Shown here in pieces: positions 1-12,700 of a stretch of 64,000 nt of DNA. How positions within the stretch are numbered: the first letter of the stretch is position 1; each line of letters opens with the position of its first letter. The translations under genes and the position numbers were made by a program. This DNA comes from Oculina patagonica (lineage: Eukaryota): positions 1,488,001-1,552,000 of the forward strand of contig NC_135767.1 in assembly GCF_052425735.1 (NCBI RefSeq). The letters run 5' to 3'. The notes below the pieces were generated by a model that worked only from the letters and a program-made list of their open reading frames with translations, searched no databases and was not told the origin of the DNA.

Positions 1-1854
1 ACATAATTCTTTATAACCTCACGGAAAACTAAACGAGAACACAGGTTTCTGATTGATGGTTCATAATTTTTTCCTCCCAAAAACAACAATTTGAAACCGA
101 AACTTTGAATTACCGAAATACCTTACAGCATATGAACATCATTTTAGAAACCTGTCTTCTCTCTAAAACGTTACTTAATTTCAAGATGGCTCTGCATATC
201 AACTGTAAGGCGTATAACGATATTTTACATAGAGAATAAAAAGACCAAACAAAACAAAACAAAAAAAGCCGAAAATGAATTAGGGAGCAAAATTAAAAAA
301 ATTTCCAAACTTTGTTCTACTTGTTGCTATCACGGCTTCAGTCGACATGCAGTGCCACCTTAAAAAGCTTAACCTAATGTCATGCTTTCAAAAAGGGGCT
401 TCGAGCGAGTGTTGACCGATTTTGTTTGTGGTAATTTTATTAATAAATTGAAAACAAACTCGGCTTGATGTTGAACAACATGGTTAAACATGCAAAAAAC
501 AACAAACAAAAACCTCCGAGTAATCCAAAAAGAATTGAATTGAATCAACAAAATGCATTGATCGCTCGATAATGAAACCCCTTTCATGAAAACATGAACC
601 TTTCCAACAAATAAGGCAGAATTTGTATTTCACTGTTGATTTTCTCTTAAGCTTCAGCGTGAATACATTCAATTTGGTAAGCCAGCCATATTTCAGCTGT
701 GAATTTGTGTCCTCCAACGAAAAAATATTCTGAACACCCCCCACCCCCTCTGCAATTTCTTGTCAGACAATATTTCAGTTTAAAAGTAATCCAGCGAGAA
801 TTAAATGTTCACCAATGTAATTAATTCTATCCTGTTACTATGCCATTTCTTGTCGGAAAGGTGTCGTTATTAACTAAATTCACACAAGCTATTCTTATCT
901 TTTATCCCTTCCTCCAGATTATGTCCAGTTGACTTTTCTTGCTTGAATTCTTCAACTCCTCTCATTCCTTTGCGGTTGTTTCTCTCTGGAAGCAAAATAT
1001 ATGAAGAATAAATTAGCAACAAACACACGAGTGCAATAACTAAAAATTCGGTAAACTAGTAAATTTTATCCCGGTTTCTTAGTGCGGTAATATTTATCAT
1101 CTTAAAACTAATCGGAATGACCAAAAAAGTTCAAAAAGTAGTACAAATTATTTCACAGAATAGAACGAACGTTTAGCATTTTGCAGTTAAACCCACAGTT
1201 ACCAATCTGAATTTCGCGGTCACAGAAATCGCGCACTTATCGCGAATAAAGGTACAATTCTGTTTTTACCAATGTAGCGAAACAACACCAACAGTTTTAT
1301 AGCGCCTGGAATGATCTGCGTTATTCTGTTTAAAGTAAAATAGTGTTTGCTAAAGCCATGAGGCGTTTTACAAGAGCTTCGACATGAAACGTAAACCGAG
1401 TTGGAAGCGCACGTGGTGAGATTTGGAGAGATATTTGTAAGAATACTTCGCTCTAATTTCAACTAAAATGCCAAGAAATAGAAACTTACCGTAGATTCAA
1501 ACAATGTGGAGCTACGTTCCCCCAAAGGCCTACATTTCTTCTCCAGAGTTTCTTCTCGTGAAGAAGGGAGCGCTTCACGTCTTACCCCTTCCGCGAACTT
1601 CTCTGACTGACAAACAAACACCTCGGACCTGCGTGGATATGAATATGGAAAATAAGATTAGACCAATCAGCTAACGATACGTCACATATTTTATTCATTG
1701 CATGCTTTCTTCTGCTACATTTTTCAGTGTGCCACGCCTTCTTTGGATTCCTTGTCGTTTTTCTGAGCTTGGGGAATTGTTGTGTCCAGTTGTCTATTGT
1801 TTTGAGAACGATCCACATTTTTGCACTCGTTTTCAGTATGGACACAATAGCCTA

Positions 1855-1937
1855 TTTTGAAATATTAAAATTCTAACTTCACACCGAGGCTCAGAAGAAT
1901 AAAGGAAATGAAATCAAGAATTTTAATATTTCAAAAA
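1855..1937. mobile_element. short hairpin MITE-like element
   Basis: TTTTGAAATATTAAAATTCT (~1855) is the reverse complement of AGAATTTTAATATTTCAAAA (~1917-1937). Confidence 0.5.
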
Positions 1938-2351
1938 CGACCCTTTTGGAAATGCTTCGATAGTTGTGGCGCAAAAAGGAGTGCAAAGGAACAAAAAAGA
2001 CAGATAAAAATGTCTTCAGTTTAAGGACATGTATTGTTAAGATTGAATGGTAAAAGAGGGAGTAGCGCGCATTTTTATCATATGAAATATCACAAGGGCA
2101 GTACTTGGGGATTTTTGGACTCCAGGATCAAAGCTAGAGCTATGTAAGACACCGTTCAAGCTCAAGCCCTGTAAAAATCTAGTTCTGTCAATTTCCATAT
2201 TTATTTACCTGACCTATAACCTGAGATCATGCCCTCCCTACTTATCATTCCCTATCGTGTGACTATATCAGCCTGACTAGCTTGTGAAACACTTCCCCGG
2301 GTACCAGAAGATATTTTTCTCGCGCGCGGCAGATTTTTCTTCGGCGGCCAA

Positions 2352-3015
2352 TAGAGTGAATTCGTGTAACCCGTTTTTTATATGCAAATGCGCCGTGTAA
2401 TATTTAAATGAGCTGTACAGGAAAACAGAAAATTGCGGACAAATCGTAATTATTTGCATGTGGAAGTCAGGTTAAAATTCAAGCATTTACCAATATGTAA
2501 AAAACCAAAACAGATAACGGGGCTTAAAATTTATCATGCCTTGAATTGTCTTGCGATTTTAGACAAACATTTTATATTCAACATCCCGTAAAGAAAAACA
2601 AATTAAACTTGACTGTAACACAATTCTGCGCGAGCAATCCAATGGGGAGCTTTAGCAAATCACGATGACAAACAACTTTTGTTTAGCAAACAAAAGGTTT
2701 AATGAGCAGGAAAATAGCCGTGCACGTGTTCTATTACTCTTGGCAAATTTCTTTCCCATCTTCTGAAAAACAACAATGTGAAATGACTAAATCCTGCGTG
2801 ATTTGAACCAGACCGCTAATTTTCGATTTAGGTTGAACATGTTCTTGAAGTGCTTAAAGAAAGACACGTCCTGTTTATACTTATTTTCTGTATAACTATT
2901 AAAGTGATATCTTTGAGGTTTTCTGACCACTCGTGTATTGTTTTATTGTACACGAACATTAGAATATTATACGACTCATTAACATATAAAAAACGGGTTA
3001 CACGAATTCACTCTA
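2352..3015. mobile_element. non-autonomous TIR element (TAG...CTA ends) nested in a second TIR element (~2299-3078)
   Basis: 33-bp TIR TAGAGTGAATTCGTGTAACCCGTTTTTTATATG / CATATAAAAAACGGGTTACACGAATTCACTCTA; outer imperfect pair GGGTACCAGAAG..TTTTTCTCGCGCGCGGC / GCCGCGCAAGAAAAACTTCTGGAACCC. Confidence 0.7.
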
Positions 3016-3683
3016 ATATATAGAGACATGACCATCGACCGACACCGGAAGCCGCGCAAGAAAAACTTCTGGAACCCAGTAGTGAAACGAAATCTTCTCG
3101 CTCGGCTTTACGATTTTTACCGCACTATAACCCACTGGGGGAGCCTGTCTTGATCGAGGACCCTGGGGACGATCATGAGACTCCTGAATGTTTTAATTTT
3201 TGCAAGTAAATTAACTAATTGAATTTTAATTAATTTTGGTAAACGGACTTCAATAAACTGAATGAAAGAATTCAGCATTATCATCGGCTTCGGAGCCCTA
3301 TAATACGCAGTTTAATTATTAATATTTCTTTATATTTGGTTAGAAAGTACAAAAGTACAGTAATAGCGTAAAAGCATTCTATCTGATGAAGGTGCTAACA
3401 ACATGAAACGGCCCTGAACAAAAGCGTGACTTCATTTAAATTTTAATTTCAATTACTGACTAAAATTTGCATTTGTGATACGTGATTAATAATTAGACCG
3501 TTCACCAATCAAATGTTTGTGTGGAAGCTTTTGTTATCTCAAGTACCTCGTAAACCGCCAGCGCTTTACAAGTGACAGATCGCTCATAAATGAATACCTA
3601 ATTTCTAAATGTTTACCGTAGTTTTTTTGGGCATGGAATCAAAGAGTTAAGGCCACGGCGTTGGTAACACGGTGATCGCGCAA

Positions 3684-6600
3684 ATGGCGAGCTTTGTACG
3701 ACCTGATAAAGTACCCGAACCACAACCAAAACTATCCAAATGGGAGAAGGCCGATATTCGAACGGAGCGGCGGGCGAGATCGAGCAAACATGAACTCTTA
3801 CGCGAAAATATCGCCGACAAGCTGCGATGTCCGCTGTGTTTCTGCCTTCCATGTGTTATTATAGTCTTTATTCTACTTATATTGATAGGAATCTACGTTG
3901 TACAGCCGTATATCCAAGGTAAGTGTTGAATATCGTGGAGTGTTGTGTGTTTAGCGTGTGCGCGTGTTTGTCATTGTCAGCTTGTCGATTTCAGCATCGT
4001 AAACATTTTCGCAATTTGCAAGGAAATAAGCAAGTTATAATGAAAGCTATGTAAACTTACATCTCGCATAGACTCTTCACCTTGTATTTACCACGGGATT
4101 AGTTCAGTGTTTTCCTTTTATCTGAAACTTTCCGTTTTCACTAGCTATTCTGACCCTATTCTCAGTGCAATTTCCGTTCAGTATCCGCTATTCAGTACAT
4201 TTAACCTCTGCGAGTCTGTTCATAAATTGGGTTTTTGTTGTGTGTCATTTCCGTAGCGAGAAAAAGCGTGCTGTTTTGCAGATCTGATCGAAGAAGATCG
4301 TAAAACAATAGGACAGTCAATTAGTTGAGTTATAAAACTGTACACTCTCTTGAGGGTATCCACTTGAGAGTTTAAAATGCACAATTTTTAAATCGAAGTC
4401 CAATTACAGTTTCACCACAAAGGAAACCATTTCAATACATATATCAAACAATGAACAAAATTATAAATGCTTTCACCTAAAGACCCTCTAAACATTGGCT
4501 AAACGTTTCGAAACTGAAGCTGTAATCTGATCTATTTATGAAGTACTTTTATAGTACTTTGCTTGGGGCAATATTGAATATACGAGCTTTCAAATATAAT
4601 ATATAATATAACCCTTAGACTAGGGGAGCGATGCTAAACGGCCTGACCCAGCTTGCGTGCTGGCGCTCAAATCCTCTTATTTGTAACGATGCCAAGGAGC
4701 TAAAGGGCACTCTCTCACGACATTTATTAGCCGGGTCGAAACACGTTGTCTGGACAGTTCGATATTCTCTGCATTGCAAACCATTAATCCCCATAATGGT
4801 TTTCCCATATGGTGGCATAAGACCTACGGGAAGCGACGATGGGGTATGAGTTTACTCACCGGGAATTGAGGGAGGGGAGGGTAACTACGTTCAGGGGTAA
4901 TTGCTCGTTTGTGACATACATTTGGTGTATATATTTTGTTTCTTTAAAACACAGGAAGGGGTTTGGTTTCCACGGAGTGCCGAGTGAATCGCGTTGAGGT
5001 TTTAGAAGAAGGGTCTTGCAGTCACAGGACGAATAAATATCAACCTTGCATCAAAATCTTTGTAAGTAGTTGTAGCAAGTTACAAAGTGGTGATTATGTA
5101 ATGTGCTCGTACATAAATATATTCTCCTAATAGGAAATTTATCCCCTGAAAGCGTGGACTTCTGAATAGCCTGAGGCAGCAGTCTTGCTTGAGAATAACC
5201 TGCGAGCAGGCGTTCTTTTTTTACGGAAAAAATTTATCAGCTGTTCCTTTTTCTCTTTCCTCCCGCCGCGAAAAAAAGAACGCCTGATTGCAGATTAGCT
5301 TGAGATAGGAGATGTCACTGACTATTCCCAGTGAAAGTGACATCTGTTATCTCAGGCCAGCTGAGGATTTAGATTGATTTGTGAATTGTGATATGTTTTC
5401 GTAATTAAATGACGACTTCTCGCAACAACCTAGCCTGTGCAGGGAGGTGCAAGGCAAGTTTTGGCGGTTCGCCTGAGAGAATTAACTTTTTCCCTCGCGC
5501 GCGCCACTTCACGAAAATGAAAAAAAAACAGAGCTGTCTTTTTTTCTGCTCAAACTGAGGCAAGAAGAAATAAAACCGGCTGAATCGGCAACTTAGTACT
5601 GAACACTATGTGTTCTGTTGTTCTACAAGTCCGCTGTTCCTTATTGAGCAACTGGCTTAGATCCGGCCGGCTAGCTAGTGTCCGGAATGCATTGGCTGAA
5701 AAACATGACCAGTTCTGACGATTTTTATCTGCCGTTTTGCGCACTCTACAAGGTATATTAATACAGCTCAGCTTTACAATTGATAACTATGAGTTGATCT
5801 CTATAGGTGACCTACGATGTTAACCAAACAACAGAGTTTGAGGCAGTTCTCATGGAAAACGAACAAGCTTTGGCTCATTGTGAAAAGGTTGGAGAAATTT
5901 GTGTTCGTCTAGAATTGTAATAAATCCATATGAATACTTTTTGCTATATTAAAAGAAGTTATTAAAGGAATTCCAACAATAGTTCTAAAAATTAGAAAGA
6001 TGAGTCATTGACCACTGAGAGCGTCCTTCCACGAGAATCCATTTCCATTCTCGCCATCTTTAGTCACAGTGAGGGGGGGGGGGGGCTTCCTAATGGCTTT
6101 CTGTCATTTGTTGAGCTAGAACTGACAAACCGTCAAGTCAAACCGTTGGAGTTCCTGTGGATGACATGTTATTCTTCTTTATTTTTTCAGTGCTCAGTTA
6201 CATTTGGTAACAGTGACCTTTTTGGAAGATACAGCTCATGTGCTTGGAATTCTGACTTGTCGGCTGCAGACTGCGTGGGAACCTATATGGAGCTGTATGG
6301 AATGGTAAACACTCCGATACAAAACTGAATCCGACCTGGAAAAAGTAGTAGTGTTGGCCGAAATTTGCGGTGAAGAAGTTTATAAGTTTGAAATCGTTAG
6401 CTCATTGTTGCTCTGCAGGCCAATCAGATCAAAAAGGCGCGGGCTTATTGCGGTCGTGAAAACGTGGGCTTGTGAAAATTACGGAGGTACCGCCGAAGAG
6501 GCCTTGCATTTCACTGCTTCCTTCCCCTCCCCGCAAAGTAGCATATTTGTCTCCGAAGTAATTGGCCTCTAACCGCCAAGTTTTTTTAGTATAAGAAAAT

Positions 6601-8027
6601 CTGTCATTTATTAATTGCTCTGTTACTTTTATTTTTCAGGTTAACAAGACATTCTCATGTTATTATGATCCTGACAATACGGAGGACGTCGCCCGCATTC
6701 TCAAGGTGAGAGGTCGTATTTGTTAGAAACGCCTACCTTACCCCCCCCCCCCCCCCCCAGAATCCAATCTCGTTCTCGATGGCTAACGAGGAAAGGAAAC
6801 CTTGCAGGTCTGATATTATTAAAACTAAATTAATTTTTTATAGTCTCCGTCACAGCCGTTTTTTTGGATCATCACGCAATGCTGGTGACAGGTTGAAAGA
6901 AAAAGCGTTGCGTGACGTCTCCATTAACGGTTGGGTTGCCCATGTTTGTGTAATTTTCTTACCGGCTTTTCCTTTTGCGCAGGTCTCGAGTAATGAAGCA
7001 ATCTGTTTGATTCTTCTTCCTCTTTTGTTTCTGTTGCTGTGGCTTGCCGCCATTGTGTTCCTAGTATATGACAATCATCTCCGAAGGTAAGTCCATGTTC
7101 TTAATTCTGCTACACTGCATGACAACTTATGAATCAAACGAGAAAGAGGAACGAACAGTCTAGTCCCTAGGCGTTCACTCTTGTTTTGGTGACCGCGCAA
7201 AGCTTGGGTCGGGAGTGGTATCCGATAGAGCCCAGAATCTCTTGAGCTGAGGACGTCTTGGGACGAGGCTGAGGGACAACAAGAGTTGCGAGTTTTCTTT
7301 AACTCTCATCGACCTATCACTGACGCGCGAGTACGCAAGAGTTCATATTCAGGTCTGACAAATCTGGGAAATCTCATCGTCAATTTGAGCAGGTTCAAAC
7401 TTAGCGAGACTGCGTTTAGGTCCAAAAAAACCGACCGCAAGGAAACCATTTCAGTTCATCTAATACCTCTCATTGTGAGCCAATCATGATTCGACTTTGC
7501 TACTATTTTCACAAAGTAACGTTGCGCATTTTTTTCTTTCTTCATTTAGCGTCATAGATGTGCAGATCATTCAAGAGAACGCTAAAGCTAACAAATATCC
7601 CAACAGGGGAGGTATAAGTAACGGAAAGGCACTATCCCTGGGCAAACTCAACGGCGGATTAGATTTGGATACTTCCACAGTGGGGAGCGTGGAGTCCACT
7701 GCGGTCAGCGCCAACGCAACACCACGCACGCGCAGGAGAAGAAAGAAGAAAATGCCGTGCTCCAGACAACACTATCAATTTAACTACCTGGATGAAGGGA
7801 TTTTATTGGAAGATAAACCCCTGTCCGATACACCGGACCACCCCTATAGTTACAGTTTTGTGGACACTTCGCCTGTGTGTACATGCCATCACAACGGGTT
7901 CCTAGAGGCAGGGTTTGATCTTTTGCAACAAAGGGATTATTTTACGCCGGTTTTCAGCACACCAAATCGTAGCCCGCGTTACTCTAGCCAAAAGGGACTT
8001 AGGTATCTACCAGAATCATTTGTTTGA
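3684..8027 (+). CDS. two-TM protein resembling calcium-activated potassium (BK) channel beta subunits (KCNMB-like), ~394 aa
   Basis: Exons 3684-3918, 4955-5061, 5807-5887, 6191-6304, 6640-6705, 6983-7086, 7550-8027; all GT-AG, phases consistent, 1185 nt. TM1 (CVIIVFILLILIGIYVVQPY), Cys-rich loop (STECRV..QPCIKIFVTY..KCSV..TFSCYYDP), TM2 (LILLPLLFLLLWLAAIVFLV). Topology and the PCxxIxV / FxCYYxP motifs match the KCNMB family. Confidence 0.7.
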
Positions 8028-9719
8028 CTGCTCAGCTTTAATTGATGCGGCATTTTGATTATCGTTCTGGTTATATGCATGGAAGGCGAGTTATTGCTCC
8101 GATGAACTGAAACAATGAATAACTCCCTTATAGAACAAACACTATCCAGAAATTTCCAATCGCCCAAGACTCGATAATGTTCATGCACGAGTTTTTACCA
8201 TACCCTCGCTGGGTAACAGATTCTTTTTGTCGTGTCTGTCGTTTCAGACTGAACATTATTGACGAAAGAACTAGAGTGAGAAAGCGAAGATATTTTAAGC
8301 ATTTTTTGATGTAATAAAAATTAAACCTTTACTCTGCGGCTTTGAGTAACGAAGAAAAAGAAATCAGATCGAGGCTGAGCCTCGGAATCAAGTTTCTCCG
8401 CAGAGGTTGTGAAGGAGACTGGGAAGAGGAAAATCTGTTTTTAAAAAATCCATTGGGAAATGGTGCAGGCGCTTTTCTGTCCATTTGCTCCTTGCACGAG
8501 CATACTCTCACCATGGATACCCTTTTAGTCTCCTTTAGAGCCTCAGGGGAGGGGAGGGTAGCCTGCGTTGCAGACGAACTAAACCCTGGTTACGTTCAAA
8601 ACCGAGGTTTTGTGGATTTTTTTTTTCACGTCCGGCTGTGACGCAGGCTAAGGGGAGGGAAGGGGAGAGGCAGCTACCTTAATAATAAAAGCAGTCAGAA
8701 AAGACAAAAGCCATGTTGTAATTTGCCCAAGCAAGCAGTGGTTTTAATTCGAAATCGATCACAATTATAGTCATAAATAGAACTCATGACCGTATGTACA
8801 ACGCTTGAATAACCTGACTGCTACAATAACAAATAAAGCGCCGCAAAATGGCCACTATAAAGCAGATCAACGTACCCATAACTACCTGGAAATTGCTGAA
8901 ATACAAAATTATAAATCTCTGATCGCAAGAAGAGGGTATTAGAGATAATGACAAAACAAACTAAATGTGTGAATTGGAAATCTGGAAATTAAGGCTTTCT
9001 TAACTAGTTCATACAAAACAATAGTAATGACAAACTTTCATGATTGATAGATTTTTGTAAATATTCTGTTTCATAAAAACTTTCAATTGAGAGTAACTAC
9101 AAGAATAAATTTCCATATTGACTTGTAAAAAGTAAAAAAAAGTCGGTATGCTAGGAAAACAAAATGAAGGTGGCGGGGGAAGGGAGCGAAAGGAAGAAAA
9201 ATGGTAATGGGGGGGGGAGGAGAGTGGAAGTCAGGGAGGAGGGAAAGCCTTTCCAGCGGTCCCTCACACAATTGATCTTAGTGGAAAGGAAGTGGATTAG
9301 CTTTCTAAAGAAACTGCTCTTGAAACATATATATAAGCACAGATAAATTACAAGAACATTTTTTGTTGTGCTCAATCACGTTTATGAATGGTATCCTCGC
9401 TGGTATAACAACCCCTACAGATGAAGACCAAAAATAATATATATAACCCAATATGTATTTCAAAACCATGTAATTCCTTTGTAGTATAAAACGCTTTGTT
9501 TTGCTTCACAGGAGAACAAATATCAAATAAAATGGGCATCGAACTAATTTTCATTTATACACACTTTTGTCGGGAAAATGTGCTGCAAATTCTTTTGTAA
9601 ATAGAAATCTGCCTTCTGAATTTGAACGAATTAGCGATTCCTCTCGATTCTGTCCTTTAAAGAATTTAACGTCTCGGTCCCCGGAGTGCAAAGTGAAGGC
9701 TAACTAGAAGAAACATTCG

Positions 9720-12700
9720 TTAACTCCAAAGACCACGAGCTCTCCCACCGGGGTGAAGTTCAATAAGATCAAGAGCGTACGCCACAATGAACGCTAAAAA
9801 TGCAACTATCCCAGCCATGATGTACGTCCACTGAAAAACAAAAGAAAACTCTCGTTCAGAAATAAGTTGCTACTATGTTCAGAACCGCGGTGAGCTGCGA
9901 GTTCACCACTTCGGCTTTAGACTTTCACGTGTAGTGTCACGCAGTGTCACGTGACTTTTTTGGTAAACAAAGACCGAAAGTTCGGACATCTGCCGAACAT
10001 TCTTTATAGTGGGTAGTGGGTAGTGTACAAGTAGAATGGCCACCACTAAAAGATGTGCTTATTTTGCCTGTAAAAACAATTCCCGATATCCTGAATACTG
10101 GGTAAGAAACCCTAACGGCGATTAAGTCAAGTTCTTCCATTTTTCTGGCGCAACTAGACAGAACGAGAGAAGGTAAAAAGTGGACAAGGGCATGCCATGG
10201 CGATTTGATACTCGTTCGTATGTGTACAAAGGATAGTTAAATAAATTTGTACTCTACATTTTGTCGGTGGAAATGCTCCAGCAAAAGAGAGATCCTAAAC
10301 CTATAACTGCTGTTGCTAGTAAAGAAAGGGTAAGTTCGTCCGTTTAATGTCATCGATCGCAGCGATAAAGATATAATTTTCAACGCACGGCCATTGCTGA
10401 TGTTGTTTAAGTTACTCGTAAAATTATTTTTTACCATTTCTTGACATTCCGTCAGTGAAATTCGTCAAGCAAATTCAAAGCTAACCTTTGTACCGTCTAA
10501 AACTTCTAACGAATGCGTAAATGCCGTCGCTTTTATGTCATAAATCACAGCGATAAAAATATAATTTTCAACCCGTCGTCTGTTGATGTCGTGTTTTAAT
10601 ATACTCTTTGTAAATTATTTTTTACCGTTCGTTGACAATCCATCAATGAAAGTCATTCAACCAAATTTTTAAAAAGCTTGTCTTCGAACTTTCTAAATGA
10701 ATGCGTAAATGCCGACCCTTTTATATGCAATCGCGGCCGATAAATTATCATATTCAATCCGCGTTCTATTGCTGTTGTTTTCACTACGTTCGCTTGAAAA
10801 ACGTTGTTTTCTTCGCAGTCACTGAATCAATTACGACCGTGAAAAAATAATAAGAGTTGTGCATAAACATCATGATCAACAGGGTTTTAGCCACTGATCG
10901 TTCAAGGTAAATTTTCTTGCTTTTATTTTTGTCTCGTTCTCGAACTCCCGCTAACTCGAACCTTTTTTGATTTCCCTTCAGGTCATTTTCTTACTAATTT
11001 TACCCTCGATAACTCGAACTTCCGATATCTCGAACCTTTTTTGATTTCCCTTGAAGGTTCGAGTTATCGGGATTCTTCGTTTACGATTGAGTCGCGACAC
11101 CATGGCATGGCGCGGTATAAATTCAAACGACACTGTCATAAAGCATAAATAGACGAACTCACTCTTTCTTTACCAGCCAACAACAGATAAAGGAACAGAA
11201 TCACTCTTTGTTTGACCATTTCCACCGACAAAATGTAGACTACAAACTAACTATCCTTTGTACACATACGAACGAGTATCAAATCGCCATGGCATGCCCT
11301 TGTCTACTTTTTCCTTCTCTCGTTCTGTCTAGTTGCGCCGGAAAAATGGAAGAACTTGACTTAATCGCCGTTAAGGTTTCTTACCCAGGATTCAGGATAT
11401 CGGGAATCGTTTTTACAAGCACAATAAGCACATATTTTAGTCGTGGCCATTCTGCTTGTACACTACCCGCTACACAAGTATGTTCGGCAGATGTCCGAAC
11501 TTTCGGTCTTTGTTTACCAAAAAAGTCACGTGACACTGCGTGACACTACACGTGAAATCTAAAGCCGAAGTGGTGAATTAGGGCTAACGCACAAAACCGC
11601 AGCTTTCCAAAATCACTATGTTGCTTTATTTACCTTTGTTAACTTCAAGTTGACAAGTAGCTAAGTTTCATCACCTTCTGGCATTAGGCTAATGCAGGAA
11701 GTGAGGATGACTAACGATGGTGAGGACGAACTTGAAAACAAAAGCAACTTCAAGTTTGTCTCGTTTGCTTTTAAGCCTGGGCCAAACGAGGATGAGAGTT
11801 AATGAGAGTTCAAACTCTCACTCTCGTTTGGCATCGACTCTCGTGCGCTCTCATGCGCTCTCATCGACTTTGAACGTGTTCAAATTTTTCATGAGAGTCG
11901 ATGAGAGTTTTCTCTCGTTTGGCCCGAGTTGATGATCGTCGATGAGAATTGACAAAAACTCTCACGAGAGTCAACTCTCATCCTCGCTTTGTCCGGGTCT
12001 TAACAACAGCCATTTATTACAGTTTTGAGGAAATACCCACCACAGCGGCTGAGCCGTAGTGGACGTTTCAAGCCCATTTTCGACAAACCACGTTCACGTG
12101 TGTAAGGATCGAAAGCAAAGCAAAACTCACCAGTTGAGAATTCGCATCATTTAGTTGTTGTATATTCTTTTGAGCTTCTTCTTGATTTTTCTTAAGTTCA
12201 ACTTCAGTTTGATGAAGTCGTTCCTCAAGAGCACAAGCCTGGAGAACAAAGGACGAATTATAATGTTAAAATAAAAAAACTTAAAAGCAACGTGGCTAAA
12301 TGATAGAGCAGAACCACACTCACATTTCCAGAGTATTTTGCTATAGGTTTAATTCCCTGGTTACGGTGAATTCGCAAAAGTCCAAGAGCTGGCGAACGGG
12401 GACCAAAATGTTCCTTTGTTGGCCAACGGTTACCAATCAGGAAAAGCGAAACTAATCGTGATTTGCCTCACACGTGTTTCCCGCGCTTAACAGCCGTTGC
12501 ATATTAATTTTAATAATATTTTTTAATAATTTTACCTCACTGGGCAGCGGTTAGATGTTTTCTCGCGTTTCAGCCGCTTCATTATCTCCCCGACACCCCG
12601 TTTTTATTTTTTCCGCGCTCGGTGCAGGGTGTATGTTTTCGCTTTGAGTTCTGATTGGTTCATTAGATTTATGTTTGTTGTGACCGGTCAGGTTTATTTG

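Noticed and set aside
860-1630. Exon-like minus-strand segments (~1627-1490 with a GTAAGT donor; acceptor near 984)
   Set aside because: Phases do not join into a continuous ORF and no domain is recognisable; may be UTR, lncRNA or a relic.
9937-11543. Twin ORFs MEELDLIAV...KSRDTA as a duplicated gene
   Set aside because: They are the two arms of the inverted repeat and show no protein-family features.
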